A stretch of DNA of 64,000 bases from Antedon mediterranea. Taxonomy: Eukaryota > Animalia > Echinodermata. Shown one piece after another: positions 24,956-35,300 of the stretch. The position numbers and the translations under genes are program-made. The notes below the pieces were generated by a model. The model was given only the letters and a program-made list of their open reading frames with translations, was not told the DNA's origin and ran no database searches. Every line of letters starts with the position of its first letter. Positions within the stretch are counted from its first letter, which is position 1. Location: contig NC_092676.1 of the NCBI RefSeq assembly GCF_964355755.1, forward strand, positions 4,317,888-4,381,887, given 5' to 3'.

Positions 24956-27894
24956 GCAAAAAAAAATTTGTCTTTTTATAAAGTGAAAACATTATTTTTT
25001 TTCACTTTTTTTTCCTACAGAAGTGAATAACTTTATTAAAATTACAAAATGGCCTATTCAAAGACTGATATAGGGGACAATTACATCTTTAAACAAAACA
25101 TATTTTTCAATAAACAAATATATAATTAATTGTCTATTTATTCATCTTTTAACAGGAACTTAGAGAACAACGCTATAACTATCATAGATGCTGAGGCATT
25201 CTCTTCTTTTGCTTCATCACTTTTAATTTTGTAAGTTAACATTATGTAATATATAATTTGCATGTTATTGCCTTCCTGAATGTCCACAACACATAATTAC
25301 GATGACTTGGTTTGTATCAGGATCAGGGGGACATTCCCCTTTGACTGCCTCAGTTGAATTATTTTTAACAATATTGGTGCGTGTGATTTACCACTAAATT
25401 AAAAAATGTTCCCCATTCCATATATCATACAGTAGATGCACACCTGAGAACACATGACTCCGCTACATGCTTATATAATCAGAGCAATGTGTAACTATTA
25501 AGCAATAGTAGAATTATAGAAGAAAGGATAATTGTAAAGCTTGGCACTCTTGCCCCTACCGGCATAAATGTACAATTTAGATCTTTTAAACATTAATTTT
25601 GCCAGAGACATTCACATATTAACAAAATTCACACTTGAAGTTTTTGTCTTTGTTTAAATGTCCTGCTTTATAAGCAACCATTTCTGCTTTGTACCCCAAA
25701 GCTTTTGGAGGCGTGCATTTATAACTATGCCTTTTGTTTTGTTAACATCTTTGATTGGCTGATTTGTTTTATTATGTAATTTTGTGAGTTATATATGTTA
25801 TCCTTTGTTACAATTCTCTTCGCTATGCCCGAAACATGTCGTAAAAATAAACTTATATTGAGGCAGTTTTAGCTTACTTGATCTTGATTTTTTTTCTATA
25901 TCCTGCCTATATACAGCTCTTTGATTTATATTAAGCAATAGTGTTAGTTATCTTTACATGGTCATGTGACAAAACACCTTTCAAACTACTGAAGCTACCA
26001 AAAACTAAAACTCTGTCTACACTATCAAACTAGTTCAAGAACAAAATGTGTCATGTGCCCAAATATGGTAGTAATATGACATAATCGTGTCCACATGGGC
26101 ACATCAAATTGTTTTCACATAAAGTTTGATAGTTTAGCTTTAACCTATTTTGTGTTGTTCACCCACACAAATCTAAATTATTATTCGCTCTGAATAGTAT
26201 TATAATATTAATATGTACATCATATATTAAGTAATGAAGGAATTAAAAAGTGTGAAAACAAACTTATTGAGTTTGAATTTATTGGTTTTTTTTTAGAAAC
26301 TTAAAAGGTAACAAGTTACAGGTTTACAGGGACAGGACCTTTCAACAATTGATAAGCTTAAACGAATTGTAAGTAATGATTTATTAAAATTTGGGCAACC
26401 CAAGTAACTCCCTTGTAAAAATAAATTAATTTATAAAAAAAAAATATTTTACTAATCCCAAAACCATCTGTGAAAGACGGTTACCACACTCACTAGTTAT
26501 ACAATCAACATGATGATTGTGGAAACTTACGATGATAAAGATCTGTCTTGTTTTTCAAAATTTAATTTTGCATGTTTTTTAAATTCACAAATGCGCCACT
26601 AAATTTGTGCTTAAGTCACATGAGCATTCTGTTAATCTAGTCGCAGTGCAGGACTGGAAAAGAAAAGGGAGATACATAAACTTGAATTAGTTGCGTGTGG
26701 GTATTTCAAGAATGCAGGTGGTTGACTAAAAAATGTGCACAAATTTCAAACCTTGAGAATGTTGGTTCTTGAGTATTTAAAAATTTCCCAAAATATAATA
26801 ACATTTTCTTTTAAGATACAACAAAATAATAACTTGGCACTTATTATGTTGCTATATTTGATTCTTTTAGGTACTCGGAATACTCTAGTCTCTGTTGCCT
26901 CGTTGGCGCCATCGATGTCTGCGAGCCTTCAGATGCATTTGCATCGTGTGAAGACTTGCTAAAAAATGAACTTCTCCGTGTGTTGATGATGATTATCGGG
27001 TTATCTTCGGTTATTGGGAATGTTGTTGTTATCGTTTCACGAAAGTTTAAAAAAGATAATGATATTAACAATGTTAACAAAGTCCAAACTACACTTATCA
27101 CCAACCTCGCCGTGTCTGACCTGCTGATGGCAGTCTACCTGATCATCATTGCCAGTGTGGATATACATTACAGAGGAAGATACGGAAAGGTTTCCAGAGT
27201 TTGGAGAAATAGTGTCCTTTGCAGTTTTGCAGGGGCTATTTCTACACTCTCTGGGCAATGTTCAGTGTTTACACTGATGCTGCTTAGTGTGGATCGAGCT
27301 ATTAACATTGTTAATCCATTTAGTACGAAACGCCTCAATCGTACAAAATGTCGAATCATTATCAGCTTCGGATGGCTATTCTGGATTGTGCTGAGTTTTC
27401 TTCCAGTGACAGCCAATGAATTAAGCTTATCGTATTTTGGTGACAATTATTATGGAAAGGAAAGTGTGTGCCTTGCACTACCTTTAACCAGAAGTCGGTG
27501 GCCAGGTTGGGAGTATGCTGTTGCCATTTTTGTTGCCTTTAATGGCGTCGGCTTTTTTGTAATTGTACTTAGTTATCTGACAATTTTCTTGTCAGTGAAG
27601 AGATCGGGGGCCACTGTCAACAGAAGACAGCAGAGAAAAGAACAGTTAAAAATGGCGAGAAAACTAGGCCTGATAGTTTTCACTGATTTCTGTTGCTGGG
27701 CCCCGATTATAGTAATGGCAATTGGTTCCGAGACGGGTTGGATGACGATTCCTGATGAAATATATGTTTGGGCAGCGACATTCATCATACCCATCAACTC
27801 CTCAGTCAATCCGTATCTTTACACAATTGCTTATATGTTTAAGTGCAAAGTGCGTCAACCGGCACCTGTACAGATTCCACTTAATACATTGTAA
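3944..27894 (+). CDS. LRR-containing GPCR, type C LGR (GRL101/RXFP-like); 5' end lies upstream of the window; exons 3944-4015, 5325-5396, 6365-6436, 9567-9641, 10763-10834, 12164-12235, 12620-12691, 18491-18568, 23490-23561, 24043-24114, 24546-24617, 25156-25230, 26297-26368, 26871-27894
   Basis: 13 AG/GT-bounded phase-2 exons of 72/75/78 nt, each one LxxLxLxxNxIxxLxxxxFxGL repeat, joining in frame to a hinge (SLCCLVGAIDVCEPSDAFASCEDLL) and a rhodopsin-type 7TM (NLAVSDLLM, SVDR, FTDFCCWAP, PINSSVNPYLY). Confidence 0.9.
5325..5396 (+). CDS. LRR cassette exon (LYLNTNLISTLQANVFAGLTALET)
   Basis: taag|G...CT|gtaag, 72 nt. Confidence 0.85.
6365..6436 (+). CDS. LRR cassette exon (LNLRWNRISTLQANAFAGLTALEK)
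   Basis: taag|G...CT|gtaag, 72 nt. Confidence 0.85.
7579..7623 (+). pseudogene. Dead LRR exon copy: acceptor and 5' half deleted, donor kept
   Basis: Only ...LPANAFAGLTALKT|gtaag remains; the polypyrimidine/AG and xLxxN codons of sister copies are missing; the cryptic AG at 7585-7586 would give a frameshifting 37-nt exon. Confidence 0.75.
7953..8690 (-). repeat. Inverted segment of the intronic repeat unit
   Basis: Reverse complement of upstream blocks (e.g. ATTATTACAATTGATCCTACAATACATGCACTGTATTG); the right end read on minus continues the sequence broken at about 7879. Confidence 0.85.
9567..9641 (+). CDS. LRR cassette exon, 75 nt (LWFMNGNQIHTLEAYAFAGLESLTE)
   Basis: tttaag|G...CT|gtgag. 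Confidence 0.8.
9726..10535 (-). mobile_element. Non-autonomous Helitron, copy 1
   Basis: Minus strand starts A|TC(TATATATA), ends hairpin+CTAG|T; no TSD; the paralogous empty site AATTATTCCAGTT is seen near 12776. Confidence 0.85.
10763..10834 (+). CDS. LRR cassette exon (LRLNGHKISTLPANAFNGLTALTT)
   Basis: ttgaag|A...CT|gtaag, 72 nt. Confidence 0.8.
11328..11560 (+). repeat. Internal fragment related to the Helitron family
   Basis: Reverse-complement match to about 48290-48515 (AATACTGCAAATAGGTATTAACCACTTTTGATCGCCATTTGAATCAAAA). Confidence 0.6.
12164..12235 (+). CDS. LRR cassette exon (LRLDDNQIRKLPANAFNGLTALKK)
   Basis: ttgtag|A...CT|gtgag, 72 nt. Confidence 0.85.
12620..12691 (+). CDS. 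LRR cassette exon (LRMNGNQIHTLEAYAFSGLESLTE)
   Basis: tttaag|G...CT|gtgag, 72 nt. Confidence 0.85.
14119..15563 (-). mobile_element. Non-autonomous Helitron, copy 2 (longer)
   Basis: Same TC/CTAG termini and hairpin TAGATGGTACGC..GCGTACCATCTA as 9726-10535; extra internal segment about 14855-15500. Confidence 0.85.
16769..17497 (-). mobile_element. DINE-1/HINE-like element(s): short complete unit 16769-16880 plus a longer unit to 17497
   Basis: Terminal hairpin AGTCGCGT(G/A)GACGCGACT, (GTCG/GTCT)n microsatellite, 3' subTIR CACGCGACT; body similar to 1530-1960. Confidence 0.65.
17762..18465 (+). mobile_element. DINE-1/HINE-like element
   Basis: TTTTAGTCGCGTGGACGCGACT 5' hairpin, (GTCG)n, 3' CACGCGACT then GCCATctatATGGC hairpin and TTGTT end. 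Confidence 0.7.
18491..18568 (+). CDS. LRR cassette exon, 78 nt (LPGVWDSNQIPTIEANSFNGLTSLLQ)
   Basis: cttcag|G...CT|gtgag. Confidence 0.75.
19021..20513 (+). mobile_element. Non-autonomous Helentron/HINE-like element inserted in the LINE
   Basis: 5' hairpin AGGTTATATGCAT-gat-ATGCATATAACCT, (TTTA)n, 3' subTIR ATGCATATAACCT, hairpin AATTCGTCA-tag-TGACGAATT (20485-20505), CTAG|TT. Confidence 0.75.
21684..22770. mobile_element. Mutator/Foldback-like non-autonomous TIR element with 10-bp TSD
   Basis: About 90-bp internally repetitive TIRs (GGGTGTCAC...CTAAGAC repeats); TSD CTGCGTGGTT at 21674-21683 and 22771-22780; removing it restores the LINE frame. Confidence 0.85.
21780..22450. mobile_element. 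Long-palindrome MITE nested in the Mutator-like element
   Basis: Arms GCACCTGCCTTGTATTTT...GTTTCTATGGAACGTCAAAAGAGC and GCTCTTTTGGCGCTCCATAGAAAC...AAAATACAAG..GGCAGGTGC; same family at 54435-55262. Confidence 0.7.
23490..23561 (+). CDS. LRR cassette exon (LWLRDFKISTLPANAFFGLTALTL)
   Basis: ttgaag|G...CT|gtgag, 72 nt. Confidence 0.8.
24043..24114 (+). CDS. LRR cassette exon (LRLDNNQIRKLPANVFNGLTALTE)
   Basis: ttgtag|G...CT|gtgag, 72 nt. Confidence 0.85.
24546..24617 (+). CDS. LRR cassette exon (LWMDGNQISTLEAYAFAGLESLTE)
   Basis: tttaag|G...CT|gtgag, 72 nt. Confidence 0.85.
25156..25230 (+). CDS. LRR exon, 75 nt (LNLENNAITIIDAEAFSSFASSLLI)
   Basis: aacag|G...TT|gtaag. Confidence 0.8.
26297..26368 (+). 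CDS. LRR exon (LNLKGNKLQVYRDRTFQQLISLNE)
   Basis: ttttag|A...TT|gtaag, 72 nt. Confidence 0.8.
26871..27894 (+). CDS. Terminal exon: hinge + 7TM + short C-tail of the LGR/GRL101-like GPCR
   Basis: ttttag|G TAC TCG..., in frame with ORF 26956..27894; seven hydrophobic segments; stop TAA at 27892-27894. Confidence 0.95.
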
Positions 27895-29364
27895 TTTGGC
27901 TATTTATTGAATTCAATCTTTGATCAGAGAGTTTCAATTAATTAACTCTCTGCTTTGATCTTGTTTTATTCACATTTTTATCTACTGTAGACCTGTAAAC
28001 TTTTTACTAATATCATTTAAAATCATTTTCTTGTACAATTCATATTTTTGTTTGCGCTAAAAAAGAATTTATTTATGTCAAGATTGTAGAAAGTTAATGA
28101 ATTCATCAATGTAGTTTGATAATTTTAATAAGATTTCAGTATATTTATATGCCCATTTAAATTATTCATCAATGTATTTTGGTAATTTTTTTTATAATTG
28201 TCAAGATTTTAGTATATAATTCATTCAATTTATTTTTAAGTTTTGCCATGATTATATTATATATTATTTGTAATTTCATTATTGATATGTGGATGTTTCA
28301 TAGATTCAAACTAATTTATTCATTAATAGTTGTAAATTATTGTTAATTGGTAACTAGTTTGGTGAATAACGCGAGTTTTATCTAAACCATCTATGGTAAT
28401 TTGGTTTTTATAAATATTTTTTGTCTGAAAAACTTTTAGTATCTTCTAAATACATAAGTCAATCTAGTCAAGTTTTAGTTTAAACAATGTTAGGAGTTAA
28501 GTACTCCATTAAACATGGTTAAAGTTGTCTAACATTGTTTGAAACATGAAAAGAAATCTGATTTTATCAATAAAGTAAAATTAAATAATATTTGTTGAAT
28601 CCCAGTATTTCATTTTTGTTTGGGAATTTATAAATGCGACAGCCAATTCGTAAACTTCCATTGGTGACAATATGACCAACTTTTACTTTCAAAACTTTAA
28701 AATATTAATACTGGAAATGAATGTTTCATGAGGACTACTTCTAAAAGCAAAATTTATATGGCTACGACCTATGACAGACAATTTTGAAAGACTTGATTTG
28801 GTGTTTTATACAGATAAGAAAATGGCAGCCATTTTGAAGTATATTTTAACCCATCTTGGATTTTAAAAAGTTGATCAATTTATTTTTTAAACATCTCCAG
28901 TGATTTTCTTGCAAAATATATGTTTTAATGACTATAGTTGAACAAGCATTTGCCAAAATCGGATGCTTTAATACTGATATTTGGGTAAAATTGAGAGAAA
29001 ACGGCTATATTAGTTATCTGCAAATTAGCAATTTTTCTTCCTTTTCTCCTTGATATATGGTTCAGATGGGTCTTACTGTTAGGAGCACAACAAAAATAAA
29101 TTCTGTTCTAATTTTGTCTAGGTCAAACCGTAGTTTGACCGGACTAATGAAAGGTCTTTCACACCTTCTCCAGTCTGGTGTGGCAAATTAAACCATGTCT
29201 CAATGTTTCATTTTCACGACGAAAACGCGATCAGTGCGTAGTCGCATGTCTCGTGTAAACGAATCATGCATGGAAAGCAGCCAGCAGAACATGATGAAAA
29301 GGAATTACAATATTACATTATTATACTAACATTTTAAAATGAAAATTGTGTTTAAATAGAAAAA

Positions 29365-32300
29365 TTAAGAATTAGTCACAAAGGTTAACAATTGAGGCTT
29401 AAACATTGTATACATATGCCAGTCCTCAGTTGCTGTTAAATCTATTGAGTTGATTGTTTTATACATATTAATTGCTGGTTTATTCCAACCCAGCACTGCC
29501 CACTGCATTCTCTGGCAACCTTTCTCTAAACCAATCTGAAAAAATAAGAATGTTGTTATATGAGTTAGAAATTATTTATATTATTATTTATTTATATTTT
29601 GCAGTCTGGCTTGCTCTATGTGTGTGTGTGTCAGACTGAGAATGAAACACAATAGATGATATAATGATTTGGATAAATATTTATTCTGAAAAGTCCCGTG
29701 AGCACGGATCACGGCAAAATAGAAAATATACCTATTGGGATAAGTGATTAAGTAGAAAATACTGGGATGCTACAAAAGCCAATGGATGCCACTGAAATGG
29801 CATCCAGCTGCCCAGCAAGTGAGGCGTGGTATCGGGACTTTTCAGAACAAAAAATGTGTTGAGCTATAATGCGCACAATAATGATTATAATGCGCCTACA
29901 AGTGTAGAGCGCGTAATTGCACTGGTGGTCTATTTGGTATAAAATACTTTAGAAAATAAAAGCTACGATGCAACTATAAGTGTAGAGCGCGCAATGACAC
30001 TGGTGGTGTCTGTTATAAAATAATTCGGACAATAACACTATAATTCGCCTACAAACATAGAAGGCGTAATGACACTGGTGGGCTATTTGATATAAACTAG
30101 GTCAAGATAAAGTCATTAACAATATGAGAAAGCTGCTGTTGTGCTGACGCATAAAGATCTCCTGTGGCCTGACCCATGTCATTTGATTCTACGTCTACTA
30201 TAATGAATGTGTGGTTTATTTATTACTCGCTTAAACAGTATGGGTAGGTCAGAAATGTGTATACCCTGTTTGCCTACAATAACCACATCAGTGTTAGGCT
30301 AGTCAATCTAGCAAAAAAAAAACAGCCCAAAGTGAAACAAATTGCAAACAGAGATTTTTCTTTTTTAAATGGTCATATATGATGAGGAGATCAAAATTTG
30401 AGCATCACACCTCTGTCACTCATTCCGATGATATGCAAATTAGCTTAAATATGCAAATTAGGGTGAAATTACAGGGTTACCATATCTCAAAAACTACTAG
30501 TCCGAGAGAGTTGATTTTTTCACTGATCTATTCACAATGTATATATTTATATTTACTCTAATGAAACATTTTACGAAAAAATGACCGGAAGTACAACATT
30601 TGACCTTCGACCCCATTTCTCAATGTTTGCATATACAATGTGACTAAAATGTCTGTAGAGACTTTATTTTGCCCTCAAATGACCCAGACATGGGTTCCTA
30701 ATAGCCAGCATAGGATCTCTTTGTAATTCCCAAAATCACACCTTTGTCACACACCTCGAAAGTATGCAAATTAGTAGTACAATTTAAATAAAATATGCAA
30801 ATAAGGGGAAAAAATTACAGTTGTCCTATATCTCGAAAACCACTAAATGCTAGAGAGCTGATTTTTTCACAGCAGTATTCAGAATGAACATATTTCTATT
30901 TGCTCCAATGAAACATTTTACAAAACATTGACCGGAAGTATGACATTTGACCCTCGACCCCATTTCTCAATATTGCATATAAATGAAACTAAAATGTCTG
31001 TAGAGACTTTGTTTTTCCCTCAAATGACTCCGATACAGGTTTCTAATAGCCAACATAGGACTGTTTAGTAGATCTCAAAATCACACCTGTATCACTCACC
31101 TCCAAAGTATGCAAATTATTAGTACAAGTTACATGAAATATGCAAATTAGAGGGTGAAATTAAAGGTTCCTATATATCGAAAACCACTAAGGCTAGAGAG
31201 TTGATTTTTTTCAATAACTTGTTCAGAATGTACATATTTATATTTACTCTAATGAAACATTTTACGAAAAAATGACCGGAAATACAACAATTGACCCTCG
31301 ACCCCATTTATCAATGTTTGCATACATAATGCGACTAAAATTTCTGTAGAGACTTTGTTTTGGACTCAAATAACTCGGATACATGTTTCCTATAGTCAGC
31401 ATTCGTGAGGTTAATTTCCCGATTGATCGAAATCAAAACGGTACTGGGTATGGTCTACTAGTTTTTCTGCTCCCAACCAGTACATCCATTCATAGAAGCT
31501 TTGATGAAGTAAGCCTACCTGGTGGTAACCATAGAACGGTTCCGAGATAACGACTATACTTCGGCTTTAGTCGACAGAAGTTTGAAAAAATTGTTAGAGA
31601 TAGAGTATACGATGTTTGATTACGTACGTGTAGATGTGTGATTTGTTCTTTTTATTCAAATGATGTTATGTATTTAATAATATTCGTGAGGTTAATTTCC
31701 CGATTGATCGAAATCAAAACGGTACTGGGTATGGTCTACTAGTTTTTCTGTTCCCAACCAGTACATCCATTCATAGAAGCTTTGATGAAGTAAGCCTACC
31801 TGGTGGTAACCATAGAACGGTTCCGCGATAACGACTATACTTCGGCTTTAGTCGACAGAAGTTTGAAAAAATTGTTAGAGATAGAGTATACGATGTTTGA
31901 TTACGTACGTGTAGATGTGTGATTTGTTCTTTTTATTCAAATGATGTTATGTATTACTTTTTTAAAGCAAAAATGTATAATTTTGGCAAAAAAATCAGCA
32001 AAATCTGTGATATGCAATATTTATTATGTTAATTAAGACAAGAAGCCATAATTATTTTTTTTTTACCCAATATATACTAGAAATAATGTGTAAACTACAT
32101 GTGCTTGTGAAAAGGCAAACATAAGTTATTAACGATTACGTTTGGGTACTTGTAGCAGGGATTTAATAATGTTTAGTAAAATTGTGAAGTTGAGGGCGCT
32201 ATTTATGTAAGATACAGGTACTCTATTTTCGGTTGTAACTCATTAAATACATAACCGTTTATGATGAAAATTGATTTATTTTATAGATAATTAAACCTTC

Positions 32301-35300
32301 TTTCTTATTAATTATTTAAAAGTTATGTTAGATAATAAATACCTATGAAAAATGTGCAAAAATCAACAAAAAAATTGAGCCTCATTTCTAAAGAACAATA
32401 TCATACTCAAACTCAGAACATGGTGTAGTTGGGGAGCCAGAAAGGGGTTACCTGCAACCTCTAGCAAACTATGCCAACAATTTTTTTTGCTTCCTTATAT
32501 CAAAACAATTTTTTGCTATTGGCCGAAAAAAATTGGGATGCTTGGTCAGTACAGGGGCCAAAATGTCAATATGGTCAAAGTTAAGACTGTGCGTAACTTG
32601 GTAAGTACTGGGTGTATTGGAATATTACGGGTCTGTGAGATCCAAGGAGGTGTCTCATGCTCGCCCCTAGCCCATGTTTGAGGGTAAATGAGTCCGCCAA
32701 ACCGCTGAACTATGGCCTATAATTTCTTATTTTTGGCGGCAATGTTTCTGCCTTAGGCGTAGCCATAATGGTGGTCAATCAGTCAGAATATAATGTATGA
32801 ATATATATTTCTGTAAATCAATTTTTAAGATACTTTATTAGCCTACTTATACCATGAACATTAAGTGTTAAAGTAAAATTTGTGACGAAAAACTATTGTC
32901 GGGTATAATTTAAAAAGTGAAAAAAGAATTAAACTTTAAGAACCTGAGCACAAGCGTGCGTTGCGACTGGCAATGATTTAGAAAAGGGTGTTATATTGTT
33001 TATTTATATTAATTATTCACGTTTTTCAGTTATTTTTTGACATAATTACCTCAGCAACCCTTCTCATCAAAATTCTTCCGTAACCTCTTTCTATAAAATT
33101 TAAGCAAAGAATAACATTGATATTTTCTTTTTTGGTGACATGCTATTGACTTTTTATTGAAATTTGGCTTATATTACCAGAAAGCATTTTTAAAATATTA
33201 AAACCATTTTTTTGGTTTTGGTTGGATTTCAACTAAGAATGTTCAGTTTCCGCAGAAAAAAATAATAATAACATAGTTAGAAATACACATCACTTTAATT
33301 TTAACTGATTGCAACCAATCAAAATCTTGGGATGCATTCACATACATTAAAGGTCAGTTAGAAGTAGGTCATAGGTCAGTTAGTAGGTCATTTACCTCTG
33401 AACTCTTTCATGATATATAGGTCTTCCATATAAACCACCTTTCCCTTCCAAGTACTGTATGTATAGAAGAAAACACTGTAACCAATTACTTCAAATATCT
33501 CTACTTCTGGTCTTTTATATTCCGCTACTATGCAAGACACAATGCTTCCTGGCTCAAATATATCCTTCTGTAGACCTGAAAAAAAACAAGAGTTTTAACA
33601 AGTTCAATAAACATCTCACAGGAAAGCTACATTTCAGAAAACAAGTGTGCAAGTGGGCGCTTATAGATAGATAGATAGATAAATCTGCGCCGTTGATACT
33701 AAATTGGATCTTCCTATGTTTACATTACAGCAGGGTCATACTATAAGTTGGTTCCAGTCCGTGCGTAAGACCCAGTAGTCATATGTAACCCGAGTTTCTA
33801 GCAAGAAACTAAAATTTCCAAGAAGTATTAAATAATCAAATCAAGGAAAACGCCTTATAAATTAAAATGTAGATTTATTCCTTTGACATCAACTTGTCAG
33901 AATTTACATAACCAATATTATTTATTCACAAGATAAAACATTAAAGTGTCCACAAAACTAAAAGTTTATATTAAAATTGAGTCTTCAGTTGAAACAATTC
34001 CGACTTGAAAGGTTCCACAGTAGAGTAAATGTTATCAACGAAATGTTCCGACCAATGGTGTAATAATTGCAATAATGATTCGTAAATTTCAAAAGTAGTG
34101 TTTTCTCATCTAAGAAAAGAGAAAATATATACATATACTATATAACTATAAAACAATTTAAATCAAATATCATTTGGTACATAATTAAAATACCACAATG
34201 TTTGCAAAATAACCTAGGCTATGATAGACAATTAAACAAAATAAAACATAATCCGTCAATACCGCCAGGTTCGATTAACACTGATTGGTATATGATTATT
34301 CACACTACTCATTAAAACATTAGTTACATTATATAGTTAGAGGTACTTCGTTTGGTAAGTATGCTAATACTTGATACCAATATAACTACATTGCAACTCA
34401 ATGGATAATAGCAATAGCTATTCAAACGTGTGTCTATCAACATATTAACCTGACTATTATAAACTCAGGATGGTTAATGCAGCGCATCCATTCAATAAAC
34501 TAAATTATAAACTAAAAGGTAATTAAAGGTATAAAAATAAATGTCGCATAAAGCGGAAATCAAAAATAAGTGTATAATACAATAGTCTCAATTCTACAAT
34601 CACACTCCAATTGTCTCTAGGTCAATCAATACCAAGAGTGTACTGCCATCTAGTAAATGACCCACATTTACCAGAATCGTCCTGATACACTCATACAATT
34701 AAAAGTATTAGCAAAAGCAAGTTAATCACTTCAAGACCCTTTAACTTAAAACGGGAGAGAACAATGTGTGATTGCAGAACCTTACTTTACAGTAACATAA
34801 ATTACCAAGCGCAATTGCAAATGGTATCACAAAAGTTATAAAATATAATCAAAAAGTTAAGTATCACATAACTAATCTAAAGCATTGAGCCAATGCAAAC
34901 ATAATGCATAAACCTAATCTTCATAAGCTTAAATCTCAAATTAAGTTATATTAACAAATTTGTTAAACATAAAATAATACAATTGATAGTTCTTACCTAA
35001 GAAAAGAGCCAAAATATGAAAAAGTGACTTCCTTTAAAGTTGTTAAAAATGTATAGATGTTTCTTGTGAGCAGGCACAAGTGGAAGTGAGGTATAATCAT
35101 CAGAAATGAAGATAATCACCTTAGTTGCCTAGCAACTTGGCAAAACACATTCCTTACTTCCCAAACATTTGTCACTATGACCCACTTGGGGTAACCTTTG
35201 TTGCAATTAAGCTGCATTCTTTTCTACTGACCTATAAACTATATTTATATACAGTACATTGTAAAAACAGATACATTCAAATGAAAAAAATCAAACAGAA

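Noticed and set aside
32430-32490. Candidate small SAT exon with a CAG|GTAACC donor
   Set aside because: Wrong phase or stops; the true 41-nt exon is 33090-33050
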